Translations under genes and position numbers: made by a program
Notes under the pieces: model-generated
Told to the model about the DNA's origin: nothing
The model's input: only the letters and a program-made list of their open reading frames with translations
Database searches by the model: none
In this document: one piece after another, positions 47,260 to 55,379 of the stretch
Layout of the letters: every line of letters starts with the position of its first letter
Numbering within the stretch: the stretch's first letter is position 1
Source of the DNA: Treponema sp.
GTDB taxonomy: Bacteria > Spirochaetota > Spirochaetia > Treponematales > Treponemataceae
Assembly (NCBI GenBank): GCA_012519415.1
Contig: JAAYQG010000079.1
Span: 24,474-88,473, forward strand
Direction: 5' to 3'
DNA length: 64,000 nucleotides

Positions 47260-48396
47260 ATGCAAATCATACCTATAGCAAGTGGAAAAGGTGGAGTTGG
47301 AAAAAGTCTTGTTTCTGCAAACCTTGCAATCGCTTTGGCACAAGCCGGCAAGCGTGTTGTTTTAGTTGACCTCGACCTTGGAGCTTCCAATCTTCATTTA
47401 GTGCTTGGACATCAAGCTCCCAAAGCCGGTTTGGGCACTTTTTTAACGGGAAGTTCAAGTTTTGAAGAAATAATTGTGCCAACAGATTATGCAAACTTAA
47501 TGTTTATTCCAGGCGATTCAGAAATTCCTGGAGTGTCGTCTATTAAAGTTGCTCAAAAAAATATGCTCATAAGAAAACTGCAAGCGTCAAAATGTGATTT
47601 TCTATTGATTGACCTTGGAGCTGGAACTCATCTTAGTGTTCTTGATTTTTTTCTGCTTTCTCCGCAAGGAATTCTTGTTTCTGCACCGACAGTAACTGCT
47701 ATTCTTGATGGATATTTGTTCTTAAAAAATGCGGTTTTCAGACTTATGTATAATTCATTTAAAAGAAATTCTAAAGCATATGAATATCTTGAAAAATTAA
47801 AAGAAGATGCTACTTCAATGCAGCGTCTTTACATACCAAAGTTAATAGATGCCATTGCAGAAGTTGACCCTGAAAATGCTGAATTGTTTAAACGCAGAAT
47901 GAAACAATTTAGACCACGACTTGTACTTAATATGCTTGATTCACCTCAAGATGCAGAAAAGGCGTTGAAAATCCGACGCTCATGCAAAGAATATCTTGGA
48001 ATTGAACTTGAACATCTTGGCGTTATTTATAGAGATGTTCTTCAAGATATAGCATTGGCATCAAGGCTTCCTATAATCGTTTATAAACCACAATCTATGC
48101 TTGCTCAGGCAATTTATAGAATAGCAGATAAAATAAAAAATTCAGAAACTTTATCTTTTGATCAATATGTTGTAACAAGCAGCGAAAGCTTTTCAAATGC
48201 GGAAGAAGATGCTGTTCAAGATTTTGAAACAAAGATGACATACATAGAAGATTTAATCGGTACGGGAACTCTTACAATTGGCGATGTTGCCGAAGTAATC
48301 AAATCGCAGCAGTATGAAATTACTCAGTTAAAAAAAGAAAATGCGCTTTTGAAACAAAAACTTCTCAAAGCTCATTCTCAAGGTTTTTCAATTTAG
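47260..48396 (+). CDS. MinD/ParA/FlhG-family P-loop ATPase with C-terminal coiled-coil extension
   Basis: Deviant Walker A ASGKGGVGKSLVSANLA, LVDLDLGASNLH, Walker B FLLIDLGAG. The C-terminal 100 aa or so are predicted helical. Confidence 0.75.
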   Translation: MQIIPIASGKGGVGKSLVSANLAIALAQAGKRVVLVDLDLGASNLHLVLGHQAPKAGLGTFLTGSSSFEEIIVPTDYANLMFIPGDSEIPGVSSIKVAQKNMLIRKLQASKCDFLLIDLGAGTHLSVLDFFLLSPQGILVSAPTVTAILDGYLFLKNAVFRLMYNSFKRNSKAYEYLEKLKEDATSMQRLYIPKLIDAIAEVDPENAELFKRRMKQFRPRLVLNMLDSPQDAEKALKIRRSCKEYLGIELEHLGVIYRDVLQDIALASRLPIIVYKPQSMLAQAIYRIADKIKNSETLSFDQYVVTSSESFSNAEEDAVQDFETKMTYIEDLIGTGTLTIGDVAEVIKSQQYEITQLKKENALLKQKLLKAHSQGFSI

Positions 48397-48404
48397 GAAT
48401 TATA

Positions 48405-49388
48405 ATGCAGTTAGTTATTAATTATCCTTCGTGGATACATCCGGAAATATTTCCTTTTATTCCATTTTTAAGCTTTTTGCGCTGGTATGGTCTTATGTAT
48501 ATTTTTTCGTTTGGCACAGCGTATTTTGTTTTTATGAAACAAGTTAAGCAAGGTGCTTTAGATACAGAAGACTATAAATGCACAGACGATGATGTCGCAA
48601 GCTTCTTTTTTTGCGGAATTTTATGCTTGGTTTTAGGTGCGCGAATTTTTTACACGCTTGTTTATGATGCGAGCAAATATTACTGGCATAAACCTTGGAT
48701 GATTTTCTGGCCGTTTGATGAATATGGAAATTTTACAGGCCTTGCCGGAATGTCTTATCATGGCGGATTTATCGGCGGTCTTTTAGGTGTGCTTTTTTGG
48801 TGCATATGGAAGCGTAAACCGATTGGAAAATGGGTTGATGTAATAGCTGTATCAATTCCTCTCGGGTATACTTTTGGGCGACTTGGAAATTTCTTTAATG
48901 CTGAATTATATGGAAGAATTACGACTGTTCCTTGGGGAATGATTTTTCCGGATGCAGACAGATATTCTTTATCTTTGGAATGGGTGCAAAAAATAGTTGC
49001 AGAAACAGGCATTGTTGTTCCAAGCGGTGCTTCAACAGTAATTTTGCCTCGTCATCCGAGTCAACTTTATGAAGCATTTTTTGAAGGCATATTTCTTTGG
49101 GGAGTTTTGTGGCTGCTTAGAAAGAAAAAACCTTTCGATGGTTTTTTAGGTTGTTTGTATTGTATTCTTTATGGGGCTATAAGATTTGTGCTTGAATATT
49201 TTCGCGAGCCGGATGTAGATTTGGGTTATAGAGTTGCAGCTGTAGCAGATGCTCCTATTTATCTAAATGTTTCAATCTTTAATTTGTCTACAGGACAACT
49301 TTTATGTTTATTCATGGTTGCTTCAGGGCTTTTGTGTATGGCTTTTTGTGCTTTTTTTGATAAACAAAAAAATAAAACTAAGAGTTAA
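48405..49388 (+). CDS. lgt: Phosphatidylglycerol-prolipoprotein diacylglyceryl transferase
   Basis: RWYGLMY, GMSYHGGFIGG, GRLGNFFNAELYGR, HPSQLYEA motifs. Confidence 0.9.
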   Translation: MQLVINYPSWIHPEIFPFIPFLSFLRWYGLMYIFSFGTAYFVFMKQVKQGALDTEDYKCTDDDVASFFFCGILCLVLGARIFYTLVYDASKYYWHKPWMIFWPFDEYGNFTGLAGMSYHGGFIGGLLGVLFWCIWKRKPIGKWVDVIAVSIPLGYTFGRLGNFFNAELYGRITTVPWGMIFPDADRYSLSLEWVQKIVAETGIVVPSGASTVILPRHPSQLYEAFFEGIFLWGVLWLLRKKKPFDGFLGCLYCILYGAIRFVLEYFREPDVDLGYRVAAVADAPIYLNVSIFNLSTGQLLCLFMVASGLLCMAFCAFFDKQKNKTKS

Positions 49389-49547
49389 AAATCGCTTAGT
49401 TGAAAGTACAAAGCCCCGACAACAAAAAACATTGAAGAATCCTCAATTTTCAATTTTGGATTTTGTTTCATATCACTTTAATAAATACGTTTTAGCATTG
49501 TTTTAATCAAAATTTTGTTGTCCTGTGCCGCACACTATTACTTATAT

Positions 49548-50252
49548 CTACTCAAGTATTTTTCCGTCTGTTGAAATTGTTATAACTTGCCATGGAATCA
49601 TTTTCCCGCTGTTTTGGAGTGCTTGTATTACCGCTCTTTCAATCCCTCCACAACAAGGAACTTCCATCCGAACAACCGTTATGCTTTTTATAGTGTTGTT
49701 TTTAATAATTTCCGACAATTTTTCGCTGTAATCTCCTTCGTCAAGCTTTGGACAGCCTATTAACGCAATGTGATTTTTTATAAATCTGTTGTGAAAATCT
49801 CCATAAGCATACGCTGTACAATCTGCCGCAACAAGCAACTTTGCATTGTTAAAGTATGGCGCATTGACTGGAACAAGCTTTATTTGCACAGGCCACTGCA
49901 TAAGCCAACTCTTGTGTACGGATGTTCCCTGCGTAATATGTTCTTGTTCTGCTGCTCTTGTAATCGTTTTAACATTATGACCCGAACAACCACAAGCTAA
50001 TGTTTTTTCTTGCGAACATATCTTTTTTTCTCTAACCGCTTCTTCGTTATACGGTTCGGCTTCTCTTTCCTCTAGTTCAATCGCTCCAACCGGACATGAG
50101 GGAAGACATTTTCCAAGACCGTCGCAATAATCATCTCTTATTAGCTTTGCCTTGCCGTTCACCATTGCTATTGCTCCTTCGGCACAAGCACCTGCACAAA
50201 GTCCGCATCCAATACATTTGTCTTCATCAATTTTAATAATATTCCGAACCAT
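49548..50252 (-). CDS. 4Fe-4S dicluster-domain protein with Cys-rich C-terminal domain
   Basis: CIGCGLCAGACAEGAI and CDGLGKCLPSCPVGAI ferredoxin motifs, plus further Cys (ACGCSG, CPKLD, VPCCGG). AAGGAG SD 8 nt before ATG 50252; the ORF track starts at GTG 50270. Confidence 0.7.
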   Translation of the reverse strand: MVRNIIKIDEDKCIGCGLCAGACAEGAIAMVNGKAKLIRDDYCDGLGKCLPSCPVGAIELEEREAEPYNEEAVREKKICSQEKTLACGCSGHNVKTITRAAEQEHITQGTSVHKSWLMQWPVQIKLVPVNAPYFNNAKLLVAADCTAYAYGDFHNRFIKNHIALIGCPKLDEGDYSEKLSEIIKNNTIKSITVVRMEVPCCGGIERAVIQALQNSGKMIPWQVITISTDGKILE

Positions 50253-50334
50253 ACTTGTTCTCCTTTCCACACGCTTGTTTTCATGCTTTTTTGTTTGTAC
50301 GCACGCTTATTATAATGTAGAATAAAAACATATC

Positions 50335-50350
50335 TGTTGTTTTAACAACA
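50335..50350. promoter_or_regulatory. Candidate Crp/Fnr-family operator tGTTGT-TTTA-ACAACa
   Basis: 5-bp inverted arms with FNR-like N4 spacing, extendable by one flanking T/A pair. Lies between the divergent Fe-S and Crp/Fnr genes, about 40 bp upstream of the TSS predicted from the minus-strand TATAAT (50314-50309). Confidence 0.5.
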
Positions 50351-50368
50351 AAGAGGAGAAAATTGTGA

Positions 50369-51037
50369 ATGTTTTTTTTATCAAAAACAAGACTTTTCTA
50401 TGGTATTAAGCCGGATGAAATAAAAACAGTCTTGACCTGTCTTCAAAGCGTTGAAAAAAAATTCAAACGCAAGGAAATTATTTTTCGAGAAGGAACAGCT
50501 ATAAAGGAAATTGGTCTTGTGAAAGAAGGTAGTGTCAACATTGTCGAATATGATTATTGGGGGAATAAATCGATACTGGGGAATATTACAGCTGGAGATG
50601 TATTTGGCTTGTCTTATGCCTCAAACCCCGATACACAATTGCAAGGTGACATAGTCGCTAACGACGATTGTACCGTTTTATTTTTACATATAGAAAAAAT
50701 ACTTACCGTATGTTCTAATAGCTGTCCACATCATACGAAACTTATACACAATCTCTTTGCAATTTCTGCAAGTAAAACGCTCGCTATTCGGCAACGGATG
50801 AAACATATTTCCGGCAAAACAATACGCAATAGACTCATTTCGTATTTATCGGAAGAAGCATTTAAACAGAAAAGTCCGCAGTTTACGGTTCCATTTAATC
50901 GTCAGCAACTTGCCGAATATCTTGAAGTTGATCGCAGTGCTTTATCAAATGAGCTGGCAAAAATGCAAAAAGACGGACTTCTTGTGTATGAAAAAAATAC
51001 ATTTACCTTAAAAAACAACATATATGATGGAAACTGA
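50369..51037 (+). CDS. Crp/Fnr-family transcriptional regulator
   Basis: cNMP-binding-like beta-barrel (FREGTAIKEIGLVKEGSV...GDVFG) and a C-terminal HTH (RQQLAEYLEVDRSALSNELAKMQKDG). It has no N-terminal Cys cluster of the FNR type. Confidence 0.8.
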   Translation: MFFLSKTRLFYGIKPDEIKTVLTCLQSVEKKFKRKEIIFREGTAIKEIGLVKEGSVNIVEYDYWGNKSILGNITAGDVFGLSYASNPDTQLQGDIVANDDCTVLFLHIEKILTVCSNSCPHHTKLIHNLFAISASKTLAIRQRMKHISGKTIRNRLISYLSEEAFKQKSPQFTVPFNRQQLAEYLEVDRSALSNELAKMQKDGLLVYEKNTFTLKNNIYDGN

Positions 51038-51184
51038 TTTTTTCAGCTCTGGAACAGTTTTAATCTTATCTTTACAGTGTAATATAATTGGGAGATATGC
51101 ATTAAAAATGCTACATTGATGTGAGAATTGCAAAAGGTCAAGTGGCGCGATTTTCACGTTAAAGAAAATGTCTCGGATATGTTG

Positions 51185-51856
51185 TTATTCGGTTTTTTCT
51201 TTAATACCTGCTGTTATAGTTAACAATAACAAACCTATCCACCATAATATCATTATTAATACTTCATAGAAAAATGATTTATTTAGTATTGAGAACATTT
51301 GAAAACTTAACAATGAATCGCTACATAAAATACATATGCTTCCTAATACACATATTTGTTTTGATAACGGTGCAATGCCGGGTGCTTTTATACAAGTTAT
51401 TGAACGCCACATAAACACAATGGAAAACAAACAATAAATGAATATCGGAATAAACATTTTATGAGTGTTTGGTGCTATTACTGAAAACAGTGTCATAATT
51501 ACTAATGTTGTTGGTAATAAATCAAACAGATTGTGCTGTTTACAACTTTTAACAAAATATAGTGTGTAAAATATCAAAGCAACGATATTTGATATTATTC
51601 CATATAATTGAAACGACTGATTTGGCAATTCCATGAATAAATCGCATAGAAATGAAAATGACAACCCGCATAACATTAAAACCCAATTAGTATTTTTATT
51701 TTTCTTTCCGATTAACCAAATACACATTAATGCACTTGGTGTAAGTTTGCTTATAAGAATCGGAACAATCTCATAACAAAACATTTTAATTAAGAAAAAC
51801 AACATACACGATAAAAAGCCGATCAAAAGCAGAATTATTGAGAATGTTTTCTTCAT
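51185..51856 (-). CDS. YhhN-family (lysoplasmalogenase-like) integral membrane protein
   Basis: About 8 TM segments. GLSFSFLCDLFM and GSICILCSDSLLSF resemble the two YhhN signature motifs (FSxxGD / xxSDxxL). Confidence 0.5.
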   Translation of the reverse strand: MKKTFSIILLLIGFLSCMLFFLIKMFCYEIVPILISKLTPSALMCIWLIGKKNKNTNWVLMLCGLSFSFLCDLFMELPNQSFQLYGIISNIVALIFYTLYFVKSCKQHNLFDLLPTTLVIMTLFSVIAPNTHKMFIPIFIYCLFSIVFMWRSITCIKAPGIAPLSKQICVLGSICILCSDSLLSFQMFSILNKSFFYEVLIMILWWIGLLLLTITAGIKEKTE

Positions 51857-52077
51857 ATTTATTATTTCCCTTTTTAGTGAATTATCTCTCTTATATTATA
51901 TGCTTCTTTTGAGTTAATTTAAGTTTTTTGTAATTTTTCTTCTCTTTCGGTACTGTACGCACATTCCCTTATTTTGTGTCCTTGAAAGCTTTTGCAGTGC
52001 AATTTACTAAAAGGATGCTCACAAAAAAAACAGAAGCTTACAAAAAATAGAAGTATTCCATGTGATTTAAAAGTTTT

Positions 52078-53250
52078 TTACAAAGCACTGTAAATAATCT
52101 GCCTCATTTTGCGCCGCAAGTGTTGATCGGCACCGTCTTTAATCTGTTGCATGTAAACCATAAGAAGCTCTTCTTTGGGGTCAACAAAAAAGTAGGTTCC
52201 GGGTAAACCGTCCCAACCGTATTCGCCAATGCTCCCATTACTGGATGCTGTTGGAAGATGCGTCATAACCCGTAAAAAATTGCCATAACCGTAGCCGTGC
52301 ATATTGTCAAAATTGACCCATTTTTTTTGAACTTCATTAAGATTGTCCTTAGCCATAAAAGAGACAGTCTTTTTGCTAATAATGCGTTCTTTTTTGTATG
52401 TTCCCTTGTTTAAAAGCATTTTGGCAAAGTGCAAATAATCTTTTGTGGTCGAATATAAGCCTGCACCGCCCGATTCAAACAAAGGCTGTGCAAAGTTTGC
52501 CGCATTGTTCATCCAATATATTTCTGCTTCTGAAGACGGCTCAAGGGTATTGTTCGGACCGCTTCTGGAATAAAAAGGAAGCAACCTTTTTTCGTCTTCA
52601 AAAGATAGGGTAAAACTCGTCTCGTTCATTTCGAGAGGTTCAAAAATTTCTTTTTTTAGAAAGGTGCCGAATGTCATGCCGGCGACTACTTCAATAACAC
52701 CGCCTAAAATATCGGCAGAGGCACCGTAACGCCAGCCTTCACCCGGCTCAAATTGAAGGTAAGATTCTGCAAGCCTTGAACAAACTTCAACATTGCTGAA
52801 ATTCTTACCTTTTGCAGACTCCTTTTCGAGCGACTTTTGAACATCTCTCATTGAGCGGTCTGCAAGACAAGCTTCACCCGGATACACAATACCGGATGTC
52901 ATGTTTAACAGGTCTCGTAAAAGAATCGGTTTTTTTGCCTTTTGCAAGGTTTCGTTTCCCTTAGTGTTGGTAAGGACAGTTTGCATATTTTTGAATGCGG
53001 GTAAATACTCATACAAGGGATCGTAAAAATCTATGAGTCCTCGTTCAAAAAGGATCATAGCGGCGACAGTTGTTATGGGCTTTGTCATTGAAAAAATTCG
53101 GTATATACTGTCTTTTTTAGCCTGTCCATATTCGGCTGAAAATACCGCCTTGCCCCTGTGTTCCACATGCACGGAACAATCAAAAAGCCTTTTTTCGTGT
53201 ATTTCTTTTTCCAGTAATGTAGAAAGATATAAAAGATGTTTTGTTTTCAT
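52078..53250 (-). CDS. Serine hydrolase, beta-lactamase/transpeptidase-like family (class C / esterase type)
   Basis: FSMTKPIT (SxxK), later YG/YS and GWDG motifs. About 390 aa with no signal peptide seen. Confidence 0.75.
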   Translation of the reverse strand: MKTKHLLYLSTLLEKEIHEKRLFDCSVHVEHRGKAVFSAEYGQAKKDSIYRIFSMTKPITTVAAMILFERGLIDFYDPLYEYLPAFKNMQTVLTNTKGNETLQKAKKPILLRDLLNMTSGIVYPGEACLADRSMRDVQKSLEKESAKGKNFSNVEVCSRLAESYLQFEPGEGWRYGASADILGGVIEVVAGMTFGTFLKKEIFEPLEMNETSFTLSFEDEKRLLPFYSRSGPNNTLEPSSEAEIYWMNNAANFAQPLFESGGAGLYSTTKDYLHFAKMLLNKGTYKKERIISKKTVSFMAKDNLNEVQKKWVNFDNMHGYGYGNFLRVMTHLPTASSNGSIGEYGWDGLPGTYFFVDPKEELLMVYMQQIKDGADQHLRRKMRQIIYSAL

Positions 53251-53257
53251 ACACAGT

Positions 53258-53287
53258 ATTTTATAGCGATTTAAGAATTTTGTACAA
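53258..53287 (-). promoter_or_regulatory. sigma70-type promoter of the serine-hydrolase gene: TTGTAC-18 nt-TAAAAT, ATG 53250 follows 7 nt after the -10 (leaderless candidate)
   Basis: Reverse complement of 53282-53287 is TTGTAC and of 53258-53263 is TAAAAT. Confidence 0.5.
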
Positions 53288-53391
53288 TCTTTTTTTACTC
53301 TACTTCAAGGTAATCTATTGTAATTTCAGACATAAAAGGCGCAGTGTAGCTTGTAGCTTTCGGTTAGATTTAACTTGGTTTAATGCGCTGG

Positions 53392-53420
53392 TTGACAATA
53401 GAAAAAAGCTGGTTCATACT
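53392..53420 (+). promoter_or_regulatory. sigma70-type promoter TTGACA-17 nt-CATACT heading the membrane-protein/larEBC gene string
   Basis: -35 at 53392-53397, -10 at 53415-53420. Leader of about 155 nt before ATG 53583. Confidence 0.55.
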
Positions 53421-53582
53421 TCATTCAGGTTTATAAAACATAGATTTTCAGCATGGAATCTTGTTTTGTAAAAACGTTTATACGCAGATATTATAATCTA
53501 AAACATTATGAGTGTGATAAAAAATGTTAAAACTGCGCATTTGCGTTTTAAGCCGATTTATAAATATTATGGAGGAAATCAA

Positions 53583-54011
53583 ATGGCATGTTTTGCTGCT
53601 CCCTTAGCAGAAGCTATTGTTGTTAGTGTTGCAAAAAAAGTAATTGAAAAAAAAGAAAAGACGACTAGCGTTGTTAGCAACGCTAGCACATCTACACAAC
53701 CTTCGTCGGAATCATTTTCTGGCGAAAAACTTCCTTTTGCAAAAAAATTAGGGTGGTTAGAAAATCTCCTTTGGGGCGGTTCTGCTCTTCTTGCATTTGA
53801 ACATATATGGCATGGCGAGGTTGTTCCGTTTTTTCCATTTTTAACCGCAGCTTCTAACCCCGAAAGTTTATCGGAAATGATTCGAGAAATAGCGACAACA
53901 GGTGTGTGTATGTCTATTTTAGTAACGGGAGTGTGGGCACTTATGGTTGCTGCTTCCGTGTTTTTAGAAAAGCGTTATTTAAAAAAAACCAACCTTAAAA
54001 TAGCTTTATAA
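53583..54011 (+). CDS. Small membrane protein of unknown function (142 aa)
   Basis: GGAGG SD 8 nt before ATG 53583; the ORF track starts at 53508. Two to three hydrophobic helices and an EHIWHGE motif. Confidence 0.4.
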   Translation: MACFAAPLAEAIVVSVAKKVIEKKEKTTSVVSNASTSTQPSSESFSGEKLPFAKKLGWLENLLWGGSALLAFEHIWHGEVVPFFPFLTAASNPESLSEMIREIATTGVCMSILVTGVWALMVAASVFLEKRYLKKTNLKIAL

Positions 54012-54023
54012 ACTTAGGGAGGC

Positions 54024-54368
54024 ATGATGACTTTACTTATTTCAACATTAGCAGCTATTGTTGCAACAGTTATATGGTATAAAAATGTAGCAGAAGGAAA
54101 AAATCATCAGTTTGGTATGTTGAGTCTTATTTATTGGGGAGCGTCGCTTATGTGGTTTGTTGACGCTATCTTTGAATATGCAGAAAGCGGTGCTGATTAT
54201 TTTGAGCCGACTTCATCAGCAATGCTGAACGATTCTTTTCTTGGACTTTCTGTTGTAGTATTTGGCCTTCTAATTTGGCTTGTTCGTTTTTTGATAAAAG
54301 ATTCGGAAAATGTTTTTAAGAAAATTTTATTCAAAAAAACAAGCGGGAATTTTACATCGGAGGAATAA
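54024..54368 (+). CDS. Small membrane protein of unknown function (114 aa, 3 TM)
   Basis: GGGAGG SD upstream and three clear hydrophobic helices. 12-nt gap from the preceding gene. Confidence 0.45.
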   Translation: MMTLLISTLAAIVATVIWYKNVAEGKNHQFGMLSLIYWGASLMWFVDAIFEYAESGADYFEPTSSAMLNDSFLGLSVVVFGLLIWLVRFLIKDSENVFKKILFKKTSGNFTSEE

Positions 54369-54393
54369 TGTTCTGTGTCGCCTGAATCAATGT

Positions 54394-54475
54394 GAAGCTA
54401 CGGCACTGAGTATTTCGGGTTTCTCTGGGGTTTCCCTAGTCTCCCGTTTAGCTTCGGGCTTCCTTCGGGCGGCTC
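54394..54475 (+). ncRNA. Structured, locally G+C-rich RNA element in the larE leader (candidate cis-regulatory RNA, class unknown)
   Basis: Long helix GAAGCUA-CGG (54394-54403) / CCG-uu-UAGCUUC (54444-54455) encloses smaller hairpins. It is followed by an UUCG-capped hairpin GGGCUUCC-UUCG-GGCGGCUC (54456-54475). The composition contrasts visibly with the AT-rich surroundings. Confidence 0.4.
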
Positions 54476-54516
54476 GGTTTTCTTGCTTGGAGAAAATTAA
54501 CGAAAATGGATAAAAA

Positions 54517-54550
54517 CCTCTAAAATACAAATGCTTTTAGAGGATCTTTT
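54517..54550 (+). terminator. Hairpin plus U-tract immediately before larE; its 3' arm contains the larE Shine-Dalgarno (terminator or RBS-sequestering expression platform)
   Basis: CCTCTAAAA (54517-54525) / TTTTAGAGG (54535-54543), 9-nt loop, then ATCTTTTT. The AGAGGA SD overlaps the 3' arm. ATG at 54552. Confidence 0.55.
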
Positions 54551-54551
54551 T

Positions 54552-55379
54552 ATGGGAAATAAAATCATTCTAAAAAAATTGCATAACCTTGAAGAGATTC
54601 TTTTGAAAATGAATCATATTGCAGTTGCATTTTCAAGCGGCGTTGATTCAACTTTTTTATTAAAAATAGCTCATGATATTTTAAAAGATAATGTAATCGC
54701 TGTTACTGCTCGTTCTTGTTTATTTCCGCAGCGGGAACTTGAAGAATCAATTGAATTCTGTAAAAAAAAAGGAATAAAACAGTTTTTTGTCGATATCGAT
54801 GCGTTGAAAATTCCTAATTTCGATAAAAATTCTGAAAACAGATGCTATATATGTAAACAATTCCTTTTTCAAAAAATTATTGCTGTTGCAGAGCAAAATG
54901 GAATAAAAACTGTGTGTGAGGGCAGCAACATTGATGATACAAAAGATTATCGTCCGGGGCTTGTTGCCATTGAAGAGATTGGCGTAAAAAGCCCTTTGAT
55001 GCAGGCTGGGTTATATAAAAGTGAAATTCGCCAACTTTCAAAAAAAATGAATCTACCAACATGGCAAAAGCCTTCGTTTGCCTGTCTTGCTTCAAGGTTT
55101 GCTTACGGCGAAACAATAACAGAAGAAAAGCTAAAAAAAGTTGAAAAAGCAGAACAACTTCTTATAAATCTTGGATTTTCTCAAATGCGGGTGCGCATGC
55201 ATGGAACAATCGCTAGAATAGAAGTTTTGCCAAAAGAATTTTCAACATTGCTCAAAAATAGAGAAAAAATAACGACAGAACTTTTGCGTTTGGGCTTTAG
55301 TTATGCGACAATGGATTTGCAAGGATATAGAACAGGAAGCATGAACGAGCTGGTTTTAAAAGGAAGAAAACAAACATGA
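54552..55379 (+). CDS. larE: ATP-dependent sacrificial sulfur transferase LarE (nickel-pincer cofactor biosynthesis)
   Basis: PP-loop VAFSSGVDSTFLL and the KPSFACLASRF motif with the LarE sacrificial Cys. ATG 54552 is preceded by a GAGGA SD; ATG 54531 from the ORF track lies inside a hairpin. Confidence 0.85.
   Translation: MGNKIILKKLHNLEEILLKMNHIAVAFSSGVDSTFLLKIAHDILKDNVIAVTARSCLFPQRELEESIEFCKKKGIKQFFVDIDALKIPNFDKNSENRCYICKQFLFQKIIAVAEQNGIKTVCEGSNIDDTKDYRPGLVAIEEIGVKSPLMQAGLYKSEIRQLSKKMNLPTWQKPSFACLASRFAYGETITEEKLKKVEKAEQLLINLGFSQMRVRMHGTIARIEVLPKEFSTLLKNREKITTELLRLGFSYATMDLQGYRTGSMNELVLKGRKQT

Noticed and set aside
47018-47278. 86-aa ORF filling the gap between EIIA paralog 2 and the MinD-like gene
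   Set aside because: It is Cys/Phe/Leu-rich and low in complexity, has no SD, and spans the sigma28-like promoter of the downstream gene. It is more likely non-coding regulatory DNA.
54456-54475. Possible SRP (4.5S) RNA on the minus strand, because the reverse complement reads CCGAAGGAAGC, resembling the domain IV core CCGGAAGGAAGCAGC
   Set aside because: The tetraloop would be CGAA rather than GGAA. The essential AGCA of the symmetric loop is replaced by GCCC. The flanks do not form the long hairpin of about 100 nt expected of 4.5S RNA.
54394-54475. Assignment of the larE leader element to a known riboswitch class (NiCo/czcD, cobalamin, TPP, ZTP, ykkC/guanidine, c-di-GMP)
   Set aside because: I compared it by eye with the conserved cores I remember for these classes. 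Isolated similarities such as GGCACUG or CUGAG occur in the wrong order or context. It is therefore reported only as an unclassified structured element.
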